A DNA stretch of 60,019 nt from Candidatus Aminicenantia bacterium (GCA_041738575.1 JBGSPO010000181.1:1-60019); one strand, 5' to 3'. Numbered from the stretch's first letter, positions 43,840-53,339 are shown. Made by a program: numbers and translations. Notes: generated by a model not told the origin, from the letters alone.

Positions 43840-46800
43840 TTACTCCTTGACCTCGATCGTCTGGATCGCCGTCCGGCCGAAATACTGCGGGTGGTACATG
43901 CCCTGGGCGACCGTGGGCATCCAGGTGAAGCGGCCGCCGTACATGGCCTTGATGAAGTAGACGATGCGCAGCGGTCCCTGCAGGGAATAGGTGTAGAAGA
44001 CCAGGCGGTCGGCGGCGTTCTCCTGGCGCGCCCAGGGCGTTCGGTATTTGTTTTGGTTCGTCGTATTGAATTCCTGCAGTGAGCGGGTGCTGGCGATGTC
44101 CTGGCGCAGCAGCTCGAAGCCGGCGGCCAATGGTTCGTCGACCACGCCGTAGGGGACTTCCTTGTCGGACTGGATCAACAGCTCGACCATGTAGGTCTGC
44201 CCGCGCAGGAAACTGGTGACCGACTCCCCTTTTTCGTTGTAGACGTTGCGCCGGATGTCGATGCCGCGGTTCTTTTTCCCGGCCCTGGCCAGTTTCCAGG
44301 TCAGCTCGCTGGTGACATAGACGGGCTGGTCGGCTGTAATCAGCACCTCGATCTGTTTGCTTGTGTCTGTGATCTTTTTTTGCGCCTGCAATACATCCCT
44401 GGGATTGGCAAATTCCTTGCCGGTCTTTTCGCCCAGCAAGACGATCTCGGCCCCGCGTGCAGTCGTCTTTTCAATCTGCCGCAGGTAATCGTCCATGGCG
44501 CAGAGGATCCAGAAGTTGGTCTGGGTCGTGTTCCAGCAATAAGGCTCGGCTTCGAGCAGCCAGTTGATGATGCGCTCGGCCAGCACGTGGCCTTTTTCCA
44601 CCTCCAGAACGGCCTGCAGCAGAAGGGCGGTGGCGAAGCGCGAGGAGTAGAATGGGAAGTCGCGGTGATAGGTGAATTCGCCAACGTCGAAATAGGCGAA
44701 GTCGGCCTCGACCTGCAGGCTGTTGTTGAACTCGTCCAGCATGGTTTTCAGCGTCCGTTCCTCGATTCCCTGGTTGTGCAGGGCCCGGTACAGGAAGACC
44801 TTGCCGGGCAAGGGCAGGCCGTCGCGCTCGGCTGCAAGCTTCTTCAGCTTCTTGTTGTCGGCCTTTTTGTCCAGGCTCAGCACGAACTGGTGGAAGCTGG
44901 CGCAGGTCGCGTCGAGGCTGGCGTGCTGCAGGTAAGTGGAGAGCTTCTGCAGCAGCTGCGGGTCGACCTTGTAATCGCGCTCCCGGGCCAGGTTCAATGC
45001 CCAGAGGACGTAGGCGGTCAGGTAGTCTGATGCGTACTGGCCGCCGCGGTAATAGGAGAGAGCCCCGTTGGCGCCCATGAATTCGGGGATGATCTTCAGG
45101 TAGCCGTTCACTGCTTCGCGGATCTGCGCCGCATCAAGGCCCAGGTCCAGGCGCTCGGCAAGCTGCGGGCTGAGCGCGAGGAAAGGCATGACCTTCGAGG
45201 TCCGCTGCTCCAGGCATTCGTAGGGATAGAAGACCAGCTTCCTGGCGATGTTGACCGCCGGGCGCAGCAGCGAGGGGGCGACCTTGATGGTGATGGCCTG
45301 CTGCTCGCCCTCGGCCTGGGGCTCGATCATTTTTTTCACCCTCTTGCCGCTGGCGAAATCGAGGAGGGTTTCGCTGACCAGGCGGTCGCTGACCATGAGC
45401 TTTTTCTCCAGGCCGTCCTTGTCGGCGGCGCTCAGGGCGAAGAATTCGACCTTGGCCTCGCCGACGCGCTCGGCCAGGAACGGAAACTGGAACAGGCCGT
45501 TTCCGCGCGGGTCAAGGGCACCCTGCAGCTGGGACGAGCCGCGAACCATTACGCCTTGCGGTTTGACCAGCAGGGTGAAGGAAAGCTTTCCGGCGGTGCG
45601 GTTGCTGAGCTGGGCGCCGGCGCTGAACTCGTCGCCCTGGCGGGCGAACTCGGGCATGGCCTCGGAGATGAGCAGGTCCTTGCTGACCATGATCTTCTTT
45701 TCTGCCGCACCGAAACTGTCTTCGCTGTAGGCCACGGCCATGATGCGATAGGTGGACAGCTGGTCGGAGCTCGTGAAATCGACAACGGCGTTCCCCGCCT
45801 CGTCGGTCTCCACGACCTTGAAGAACAGTACTTCCTTAAAATCGCTGCGCACGCGGATGCCGGCTATGGCGGCCTCGACACCGCCAAGCACTCCGCCGAC
45901 CATCCCGTCCGCCTCTTCCTCGCCCAGTTTCATACGGGCCATGCTTTTCATTTCCGCGGCCATGGGCGCGGGCATGATGCCGCCTGCAACACCACCATTC
46001 GGACCGAACTCATCTGCGGAGTTCCAATATTTGTCGGCCGAGACCGGGATCAACGCCATGTCGCAAGGGCGGTGGCTGCCGCCGTCAAAATAGATGTCGG
46101 ACCAGAGGAAAGGATGAAAACCCTTGGCTTCAGCCTTGACCGCGTAGCGGCCGCCGGGAAAACCGGGGAAAGAATAATATCCCTGGACGCTGGTCGTTGT
46201 CGTCTTCAGCTTGTTGTGTTTTTCATCCTCAAGGGTGACCGTGGCCCCGGCCAGCGGCGTGGAGTTGGGACTGAAGACGCAACCGAAAATAGCCGGCGCC
46301 TTCAGGTCGATGTCCATAAGGGGGCGCTCGAAGTTCCATTGTTTGTAATTCTTTGAATAATAGGTATGAATCGGTTTTGCCCACAGGCCAAAATAAGAAA
46401 AATATTCATGCGGGTCAGGCGTCTGGTAGTTTAGCAGGGACAGGTTGCCTTCATCCACGGCATATACGAAAAGCTTCGCCTTTACCCCCTTTTTCTGGTT
46501 ATCGCTGACCTTGATCTTCACTTTGGTCTTGCTAGCTGGCTTGATCTCGCCCGGGCTTTCCAAGTCCACCCGCAGGATCTTGCTGTCATCCTCTACTTTA
46601 AACTCCCTGGCGGCTTGCTCGGAGATGTTGTTGCCGTACATGGCGACAACGCTGACGCGGATGGCCGGGAAATATTCTTTCTTGACCGGGATATCCAATG
46701 GCGTCATCTTCTGCAGCGCGATGACCCGGGAATCGAGCACCTTCCCCCTTTCGATGGTCACCAGCGCCTGACCCTCCCGGGTGGAATGAATGAAGCACTT

Positions 46801-49575
46801 CAGCGTCTCGCCGATATGCAGAGTATGTTGATTGGATTCGATCCGCAGCTTGTCGGTCCCTTCGGAGTAGCCCCCGCCCCAAACAAAGAAACCGCCCGAG
46901 GTCGAAACCACGCGGCCGTTCGCGTCGGAGGTGTCGCAACGCAGGATATAATGGCCGGCTTCCGGAACGCGAAACAAGTGGGTTTTTGTTTTTTCAATGT
47001 AAACATCGTCGGGACCGGAAACTTTCTTTAGCAGGCGCCGGGATTTTTCATAATATTCCCTGTAGAGCGTGACGCGGATTTCGCCGGAAGCGGGTTTTCC
47101 CTGGAAATCGACCAGGGCCAGTTCGGATTTGATTGGTCCTTTCAGGTTCTGGTAAAAGTCGATATGGATTCCGGTCAGGAGATTTCCCGGGAAAAACAAT
47201 GACTGGGCCTGGGCGGTGAATTCCTTGCCTTCAGCTGATTTTCCTGTTGCAAAAAAGCCGAGTTTGGCCAGGAAATTAGTTTCCTTGAAATCGGCCATGG
47301 GGATGCTCAGAGTGTATTTGCCGTTGGCATCCAGTTTTTTGCTCCCTTTCCGCGGCGGGTCGCTCTTTGCCAGGTCGCGGTCGAGCCCGAAATTGAAGCG
47401 CTCCAGTCCATTCGTCGTGAACACTTTGGCAGCAACCGGATTCAGTCCGAAAACATAGCCAAAAGTATCGCCAGCCATGGGATTGCCTGCCAGGTAGGAA
47501 CCGCTGACAACAGGGTGGAACGTATCTTCCGGGAGGTAATGCTCCGCCATGCCGGAGATCTTCATTTCAAAAGTATTTGGCTGGTAGTAATCGATGGTCA
47601 CGTTGTGCTGGCCTTGCCAGGTTTGCATGTCCACGAATCTGACAATGATCTGGTGGCGGCCTTTTTTGCCTGCCGGGTCGGATTTGAATTCGTAGTGAAA
47701 GCCGCCCCAGCGGTCGAGCTGGAGAGAGTCGGTCTTGAGCTGTTGACGGTCGGGACCAAAAATTTGCAGGGTTGCCGCCGTGGCCTTTGGTGAAAAGATC
47801 TTCCCGGCCTTGTACTCCTTGATGATTCCGGCGATATGGACCGTGTCGCCGGGCTTGTAAAAATCCCGTTCGCTGAAGACCGTGATCCTGACCTCGCGGT
47901 CGGATGGGGGCCGGCGGTCGATCCTGGCCAGGGCCATGTCATTGTCGTTCGTATTCCTGGCCATGACCAGGTCGGATTCCTGGATCTCCCTGTCGCTGAG
48001 CAGCACGCCGTTTACGGCCGATTCTCCCAGGGGCATGGCATCCTTGGCATAACCCTTAAGGAAGAACGGCATCTTTCCCACCCCTTTGCCGCTGCGGTTG
48101 TCGTATAGCCAGTACAAGGTCTGTTCCTGGCCGGCCTTGATGACCATGTCCATGTTGCGGCGGTGGAAAACGTGCATGTCCTGGGGAGTGAAGGCGGGAA
48201 GGCGCATTAAGGCGATGTCCCGGCAGGCATTGTATGGTTCGTAGCTCTGGACCAAAACGCCGAAAAACCCCAGGGGCGATCCCAATTCTTGATCCCGCAA
48301 TGCGGGGTTGTTCGATTTCTCCGGCAGCCCGGTGAATTTTTGCAGGATCTCTTTCTCGATGAAGTCAGCCTTGAAATCCTTTTTCTGCAGCAAGCCAAAT
48401 TCCCGGTCAGTCAGCTGGGTATAAAATTCGGGCTTGAGCTTGAGCAAGCGGACGCTGGCCTGCTTCATGCTGTTGGCGGTCATGGACAATTTATGATCCT
48501 GCAGGGAAAAGTCGAGGCGCGGGGACTGGCTGGAGCAGACCCGGGCTTCGAGTTCCAGGTTCTCGGGAAGCCGCTCTTTGTACGTGTTGGACAGGTCCCG
48601 GTCGATTCTTATGTTCAGGCGATCGCCCGAGGCCAATTCGTCTTCCACGCTGATGAACAAGACTTCATTCTCATATTGGCGGGGCTCGAGATGGAATTTA
48701 AGGGGCGATCGTTCCAAGCCGGAGATTTTATGGACCTGGATTAGCCTGTCGTTGAATTCAGCCAGCGCGTTGGAGAACGGCAACCAAACATGGGGCGCAT
48801 CGGGAAAGAGGACCAGGGGGTGCCGGCCGGAATAGTGAAAAGTAGGCACCGTGTCGAAAGTGAAGGTGAAATCCTTGGCCGTGCCGGTATTACCCTCGCT
48901 GCCGCGAAAGCCTTTTTTGACGATGAGCTGGTAAAGCAAGCCTCGTTTCAGAGCGCTGGCGAAGCGGACCGCGATTTCTTCATTCGCCTTTTGCTGGAGC
49001 AGGATTTCCGCCCGCACGCCGCTCTTGGCCTCCTTGAGGACGAAAAAGCTTTTGGCTCCGCCAATGGTGACCGGCTGGTTGAAGCGCAGGGTAACGGGGT
49101 CTTTCACCCAGATCTCGCCGTCGAGCTTTTCCCCCGGCGTCAGCCGCGAAAAATAATCCCGGTCTCCGACCTTGACCTCGACGGGATAGGCCTGGGGCGT
49201 GCTCCATTGCCAGCGTATCTCCCCGGGCAGCACCTTTCCCGCCAGCGAGCCCGTTCCGGCCGGGATCACGGCCGTGTAGGTGGTGGAGTAGCGGAAGCGC
49301 GGCTCGGGCTTGAAGGCCAGGGTGCGATTGCCGCGCCAGGAAAATTCACCCTTGACCGCCGGGGTGATCCTGACCAGCGAGGCGCCGTCGCGTTTGCCGC
49401 CCAACGGCAGCATGTCGTCGGAAAAGGTGACGGTCAGTTCCCTGTTTTCCAGGCTCTGCAGGATGCCGGAAAGGTTGTAGGCCGCTTTCAGGCCCTCCTT
49501 TTCCGGCGCCTGGGCGACGGCCGCGGCCAGGAATAGGGTCAGCATGATGGTCGCAATGGATAGTGCAATTTTCAT
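43840..49575 (-). CDS. bacterial alpha-2-macroglobulin family protein with an intact thioester motif
   Basis: 1911 aa from MKIALSIATIMLTLFLAAAVAQA (signal peptide, AGGAGG RBS). The thioester motif YPYECLEQRTSK has CLEQ encoded at 45205-45216. There is a CarboxypepD_reg-like insert (TPLAGATVTLEDE...GYYSFPGFPGGRYAVKAEAKGF). The C-terminus DRLVFYTYSL...MYHPQYFGR is typical of the A2M receptor-binding-like end. Confidence 0.88.
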   Translation of the reverse strand: MKIALSIATIMLTLFLAAAVAQAPEKEGLKAAYNLSGILQSLENRELTVTFSDDMLPLGGKRDGASLVRITPAVKGEFSWRGNRTLAFKPEPRFRYSTTYTAVIPAGTGSLAGKVLPGEIRWQWSTPQAYPVEVKVGDRDYFSRLTPGEKLDGEIWVKDPVTLRFNQPVTIGGAKSFFVLKEAKSGVRAEILLQQKANEEIAVRFASALKRGLLYQLIVKKGFRGSEGNTGTAKDFTFTFDTVPTFHYSGRHPLVLFPDAPHVWLPFSNALAEFNDRLIQVHKISGLERSPLKFHLEPRQYENEVLFISVEDELASGDRLNIRIDRDLSNTYKERLPENLELEARVCSSQSPRLDFSLQDHKLSMTANSMKQASVRLLKLKPEFYTQLTDREFGLLQKKDFKADFIEKEILQKFTGLPEKSNNPALRDQELGSPLGFFGVLVQSYEPYNACRDIALMRLPAFTPQDMHVFHRRNMDMVIKAGQEQTLYWLYDNRSGKGVGKMPFFLKGYAKDAMPLGESAVNGVLLSDREIQESDLVMARNTNDNDMALARIDRRPPSDREVRITVFSERDFYKPGDTVHIAGIIKEYKAGKIFSPKATAATLQIFGPDRQQLKTDSLQLDRWGGFHYEFKSDPAGKKGRHQIIVRFVDMQTWQGQHNVTIDYYQPNTFEMKISGMAEHYLPEDTFHPVVSGSYLAGNPMAGDTFGYVFGLNPVAAKVFTTNGLERFNFGLDRDLAKSDPPRKGSKKLDANGKYTLSIPMADFKETNFLAKLGFFATGKSAEGKEFTAQAQSLFFPGNLLTGIHIDFYQNLKGPIKSELALVDFQGKPASGEIRVTLYREYYEKSRRLLKKVSGPDDVYIEKTKTHLFRVPEAGHYILRCDTSDANGRVVSTSGGFFVWGGGYSEGTDKLRIESNQHTLHIGETLKCFIHSTREGQALVTIERGKVLDSRVIALQKMTPLDIPVKKEYFPAIRVSVVAMYGNNISEQAAREFKVEDDSKILRVDLESPGEIKPASKTKVKIKVSDNQKKGVKAKLFVYAVDEGNLSLLNYQTPDPHEYFSYFGLWAKPIHTYYSKNYKQWNFERPLMDIDLKAPAIFGCVFSPNSTPLAGATVTLEDEKHNKLKTTTTSVQGYYSFPGFPGGRYAVKAEAKGFHPFLWSDIYFDGGSHRPCDMALIPVSADKYWNSADEFGPNGGVAGGIMPAPMAAEMKSMARMKLGEEEADGMVGGVLGGVEAAIAGIRVRSDFKEVLFFKVVETDEAGNAVVDFTSSDQLSTYRIMAVAYSEDSFGAAEKKIMVSKDLLISEAMPEFARQGDEFSAGAQLSNRTAGKLSFTLLVKPQGVMVRGSSQLQGALDPRGNGLFQFPFLAERVGEAKVEFFALSAADKDGLEKKLMVSDRLVSETLLDFASGKRVKKMIEPQAEGEQQAITIKVAPSLLRPAVNIARKLVFYPYECLEQRTSKVMPFLALSPQLAERLDLGLDAAQIREAVNGYLKIIPEFMGANGALSYYRGGQYASDYLTAYVLWALNLARERDYKVDPQLLQKLSTYLQHASLDATCASFHQFVLSLDKKADNKKLKKLAAERDGLPLPGKVFLYRALHNQGIEERTLKTMLDEFNNSLQVEADFAYFDVGEFTYHRDFPFYSSRFATALLLQAVLEVEKGHVLAERIINWLLEAEPYCWNTTQTNFWILCAMDDYLRQIEKTTARGAEIVLLGEKTGKEFANPRDVLQAQKKITDTSKQIEVLITADQPVYVTSELTWKLARAGKKNRGIDIRRNVYNEKGESVTSFLRGQTYMVELLIQSDKEVPYGVVDEPLAAGFELLRQDIASTRSLQEFNTTNQNKYRTPWARQENAADRLVFYTYSLQGPLRIVYFIKAMYGGRFTWMPTVAQGMYHPQYFGRTAIQTIEVKE

Positions 49576-49723
49576 TTCCGCCTCCTGAGTGTCGGGCAAG
49601 CCAAGCGGATTGGACGGCTTTTTACCCAAAATTGGCAAAAAGTCCCCCGCCGCTTCAACCGCCAGGATTATGATGAAGAAAAATGGTTTTTACAACCCCC
49701 GGCCCGCAGGGAAGCGGGAGGGC

Positions 49724-50332
49724 TCAGCCGATGTCGGCGTGCTGGTAGAAACGGGAGGCCAGGACTTTTTCGTGGAAATTGTTGCCTGTATAGTTGTAGC
49801 CGTTGTTGTAAAGGATCAGGGCACGGATGATGTCGCCGCGGGTCTCCATCAGGTAGCCCTTCAGGATGGTGAGCCCGAGCTCGATGTTGTAGTCGACCTG
49901 GAAGATCCTCCTGCGGTCGATGTTCAACGCGTCCTTCCAGACGGGGACATTCACCTGCATCAGGCCGCAGGCCCCTTTGCCGGAAACGGCGCGGCGGTCG
50001 AAGCGGCTTTCCACGAAAATGACGGCCATGACCAGGTAGGGATTGAAGCCGTGCTTGCGGCTCAGGGAGAACACCGAATCGGCGATGCGCGTGAATTCAG
50101 GGGCATGCAGGCGGTAGACGTTTTCCTGGAAACGGTAGAAGTCGGTCTTGGCCATGGCTTCCTGGTGGGAGCTGAACTTATGGTTAAGGGTGGCGACGGT
50201 TTTCTGCAGCGAGGCGATGGTCCTCCGGCTTTCAGCCTGGCGGGCCGACAGCACGATGGCGCTGGCCAGGAATATTCCCGATAAGCCTATAAAAAACAAT
50301 ACGATACCGCGAAAGTTTTTTGGGGGATTCAT
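49724..50332 (-). CDS. membrane-anchored lytic transglycosylase (SLT domain)
   Basis: N-terminal TM segment GIVLFFIGLSGIFLASAIVL. Catalytic region AVIFVESRFDRRAVSGKGACGLMQV...YNNGYNY. Confidence 0.85.
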   Translation of the reverse strand: MNPPKNFRGIVLFFIGLSGIFLASAIVLSARQAESRRTIASLQKTVATLNHKFSSHQEAMAKTDFYRFQENVYRLHAPEFTRIADSVFSLSRKHGFNPYLVMAVIFVESRFDRRAVSGKGACGLMQVNVPVWKDALNIDRRRIFQVDYNIELGLTILKGYLMETRGDIIRALILYNNGYNYTGNNFHEKVLASRFYQHADIG

Positions 50333-50424
50333 TTTTTTCCTTTGGATTCTGGCAACGAAACCATATTATAGTCGATATCGTTAAAATTGTCAAGCCCGGT
50401 GGCCGGAATGGGGGATAAGGCGGG

Positions 50425-50670
50425 CTATTCCTCGTCGCTGACGTTGTGCTTGATGCGGATACTGCGCAGGTACCCTCGGCGGGTACCTTCAGGGCCGCCG
50501 AATTGCAGGGAATGGGAGCAGGAGCCGGTAAAGGCGCTCAAGAGGGTGACGATGCCCAGCAGGCCGATCCAGTTCTTATAATAGATCCCTGCACCGATGA
50601 CGCCCAGGGAAACGATGACGCGGATCCACTTGGCCGTCGGGTTGGTATTGCATTTGGGGGCTTGGCTCAT
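50425..50670 (-). CDS. small DUF2892/YgaP-like membrane protein
   Basis: 81 aa from MSQAPKCNTNPTAKWIRVIVSLGVIGAGIYY...LLGIVTLLSAFTGSC. Two TM helices, as in the YgaP-like family. Confidence 0.55.
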   Translation of the reverse strand: MSQAPKCNTNPTAKWIRVIVSLGVIGAGIYYKNWIGLLGIVTLLSAFTGSCSHSLQFGGPEGTRRGYLRSIRIKHNVSDEE

Positions 50671-50711
50671 ATTTTTATTGTAGCGCAGAACGGCCCTGTT
50701 GGCAAGGGCGC

Positions 50712-51470
50712 TCAGCTCCGTTGCCGGCGCTTCAGGGCGATGGCCTTCAGATATTTCATCGCCGTTCCCCAGGATTGGACCGTGGCGATGACCAGTCCGG
50801 GAAAGCCGTCGAGAATGCCCGATTTCCAGAAATAATGGCGCAGAAAAGTGACGGGCGGAAGGATGGCCAGGCGCAGGAACAGGCATTTCTTCCCCTGGCC
50901 CACGATCTCCTCGGCCTGGAATGCGGAATAGCGGTCGAGCCGGCGCACGTGGTCGCCGATGTCGCGATAGGTGAAGTGCAGGATGTCGCCGTCCAGGCGG
51001 GCGACGGCGCCCCGCACGTCGAGGCGTTCATGGATCCGTCCCTGCCAGGCGGCGGCGTTTTTCCGGAAAAGCCTGATCTTGCGGTCGGGGTACCAGCCCG
51101 AATGGCGGATCCAACGCCCCAGGTAGAAGGTCTTCCTCTTGATGGCGAAAGCGGCAGCGTTCACCGGCGGCCCGCCCGCCTTCAGCGCGGTGATGGCCCG
51201 CTTCAGTTCGGGAGAAACCCGCTCGTCGGCGTCCAGGTTGAGGACCCAGTCGCAGCCGGCCTGGGCCAGGGCAAAATTCTTCTGCTGCCCGTAATCCTCG
51301 AAACGGTTCTTCATGACCCGGGCGCCGGAGGCGCGGGCGATCTCCTCGGTGCGGTCCGAGGAGTAGGAATCGACCACAACGACCTCGTCCGCCACCCCCT
51401 GAAGGCTGGCCAGGGCGTCGGGCAGACGATCCTCCTCGTTAAAGGTGATGATGACCGCCGAGATCTTCAT
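50712..51470 (-). CDS. glycosyltransferase family 2 (LPS-core type)
   Basis: Motifs MKISAVIITFNEEDRL, VVVDSYSSDRT and LNLDADERV. An alternative ATG lies at 51488. Confidence 0.8.
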   Translation of the reverse strand: MKISAVIITFNEEDRLPDALASLQGVADEVVVVDSYSSDRTEEIARASGARVMKNRFEDYGQQKNFALAQAGCDWVLNLDADERVSPELKRAITALKAGGPPVNAAAFAIKRKTFYLGRWIRHSGWYPDRKIRLFRKNAAAWQGRIHERLDVRGAVARLDGDILHFTYRDIGDHVRRLDRYSAFQAEEIVGQGKKCLFLRLAILPPVTFLRHYFWKSGILDGFPGLVIATVQSWGTAMKYLKAIALKRRQRS

Positions 51471-51554
51471 GTTGCGCGCCGGTTCCATGCGAGGAAAATA
51501 CTGGAACCGGCCCCTTTTGTCAATGAACGCTCGCCCAGGTCGGACAACTCGTGA

Positions 51555-53075
51555 TCAGTGACGAAAATGACGAATGCCGGTGAACAGCAGGGAAATGCCC
51601 AGTTTTTGTGCGGCCAGGATCACGTCGGTGTCGCGGATCGAGCCGCCGGTCTCGACCACGGTCGCGATCCTGTTCCTGGCGGCCGTTTCGATCGAATCGG
51701 CGAAAGGGAAAAAGGCGTCGGAGAGGAGAACGGCGCCGGCGATGGGCCTCTGGCTTTTGCGGATGGCGAGTTCCACCGCGTCGACGCGGCTGGCCTGGCC
51801 GGCGCCCACGCCGATGAGCTGGAGGTTCTTGACGATGACGATGCCGTTGGACTTCACGAACTTGATGATCTTCCAGCCGAACTCCACGTCGGCCTTCTCC
51901 TTCTTGCCCAGGGGCTTGCCGGCCTTGAGTTCGAACGTCTCCACGTCGCAGGTGCGGTTGTCCCGGCTCTGGTAGACGAAGCCGCCGGGCACGGTCTTGA
52001 AATCGGCCTTCTCCACGTAGCCGGCCGGCATGCGCACCAGACGCAGGTTCTTTTTCCGTTTCAGGATCTTCAGCGCTTCGTCGCTGAAGTCGGGGGCCAA
52101 AATGACCTCAAAAAACACTTCGGCCAGGGCAGAGGCGGTTTTTGCCTCCAGCCGGTGGTTGAAGCCGACGATGCCGCCGTAGGCCGAGCGCGGGTCGCCG
52201 GCAAAGGCGCCTTGAAAGGCCTGAACCTGGCCTGCCGCCAGGGCGGCGCCGCAAGGGTTCTGGTGCTTGACCACCGCCGCGAAGTGCCTCTTTCCCTGGA
52301 ACTCGTTCAGCAACTCGTAGACCATGGCCAGGTCGAGGATGTTGTTGAAGGAGAGCTCCTTGCCGTGCAGTTGGTCGATGGCCGCAAAGGGTGAGCGGCG
52401 GTCACCGATGGCCAGGAAGGCCGATTGGTGCGGATTCTCGCCGTAGCGCAGCGACTGCACCCTGCGGCCGCCGATGGTCATGAAGTCGGGATGGACGCCC
52501 GGCTCGGGGCCGAGGTAGGCGGCCACCAGCGAGTCGTAGAAAGAGGTATAGGCGAAAGCCTTCTGCGCCAGGGATCTTCGCGTTTCCAGGGGCACTTCGT
52601 TGCCGCTCTCGACCGCGGCGATGACCGCCCCGTAGTCCTTCTCGTCGATGAGGACGATGGTGTCCTTGAAGTTCTTGGCCGCGGCGCGGACCATGGCCGG
52701 CCCGCCGATGTCGATGTTCTCCAGCATGGCGTCCAGGTCCCCCGATTTTTTTTCCAGCGCGGCCTCGAAAGGGTAGAAATTGATGATGACCAGGTCGATC
52801 TTCGGGGCGTGGAACTCCTCCAGCTGCCGCAGGTGGCCGGCCGTCTTTTTGGCGAGGATGGGCCCGAAGATCAGCGGGTGCAGCGTCTTGACCCGGCCGT
52901 CGAGGATCTCGGGGAAATTGGTGATGCCCGACACGTCGCTGACCGGGATGTCCTTGCCCTTGAGATAGGCGGCCGTGCCGCCGGTGGAGACGATCTCCCA
53001 GCCGGCCTTGTTCAAGGCGGCGGCGATGCCGTCGATCGTTTCCTTGTGATAAACGCTGATCAATGCCCGCTTCAT
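51555..53075 (-). CDS. purH: bifunctional AICAR transformylase / IMP cyclohydrolase
   Basis: 506 aa from MKRALISVYHKE. Motifs GRVKTLHP, NFYPFE, DIGGPAMVRAAAKN, KHQNPCG and GGSIRD. GGAGG RBS. Confidence 0.93.
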   Translation of the reverse strand: MKRALISVYHKETIDGIAAALNKAGWEIVSTGGTAAYLKGKDIPVSDVSGITNFPEILDGRVKTLHPLIFGPILAKKTAGHLRQLEEFHAPKIDLVIINFYPFEAALEKKSGDLDAMLENIDIGGPAMVRAAAKNFKDTIVLIDEKDYGAVIAAVESGNEVPLETRRSLAQKAFAYTSFYDSLVAAYLGPEPGVHPDFMTIGGRRVQSLRYGENPHQSAFLAIGDRRSPFAAIDQLHGKELSFNNILDLAMVYELLNEFQGKRHFAAVVKHQNPCGAALAAGQVQAFQGAFAGDPRSAYGGIVGFNHRLEAKTASALAEVFFEVILAPDFSDEALKILKRKKNLRLVRMPAGYVEKADFKTVPGGFVYQSRDNRTCDVETFELKAGKPLGKKEKADVEFGWKIIKFVKSNGIVIVKNLQLIGVGAGQASRVDAVELAIRKSQRPIAGAVLLSDAFFPFADSIETAARNRIATVVETGGSIRDTDVILAAQKLGISLLFTGIRHFRH

Positions 53076-53179
53076 GTTCGTAGCCTCCGCGGCCTTCATT
53101 ATATCCGTTCACGGGGCCCGACGCAAAGGCGGGTTCACAAACCCCGCCTTTTGTGATACAATGAGCCCTTAAGCGGTCA

Positions 53180-53254
53180 CGGGGTGTAGCGCAGACTGGC
53201 TAGCGCGTTCCGTTCGGGTCGGAAAGGCCGGAGGTTCAAATCCTCTCACCCCGA
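53180..53254 (+). tRNA. tRNA-Pro (anticodon CGG)
   Basis: Hand-folded cloverleaf. Acceptor stem CGGGGTG/CACCCCG with the C1-G72 pair typical of bacterial tRNA-Pro, D arm GCGC/GCGC, anticodon arm TTCCG-TTCGGGT-CGGAA, and T arm GGAGG-TTCAAAT-CCTCT. CCA is not encoded. Confidence 0.88.
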
Positions 53255-53277
53255 TTTCTCCCATTTTCTCACGGCCA

Positions 53278-53306
53278 CTTGAAGCCGGCTTGATTTTGAT
53301 GTATAA
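53278..53306 (+). promoter_or_regulatory. sigma70-like promoter upstream of the 53340 glycosyltransferase
   Basis: TTGAAG (53278-53283), a 17-nt spacer, then TATAAT (53301-53306). Confidence 0.5.
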
Positions 53307-53339
53307 TTCCAACTTCGGTTGTGACCTAATGGGGAGTAA

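Noticed and set aside
40963-44010. A diversity-generating retroelement, with the A2M 3' end as the variable repeat and relic B as the template repeat.
   Set aside because: The 16 mismatches are not restricted to template adenines in either direction (for example g/a, a/g and c/t changes in the coding sense). There is a 62-nt perfect run, and no reverse transcriptase or accessory gene is present in the window.
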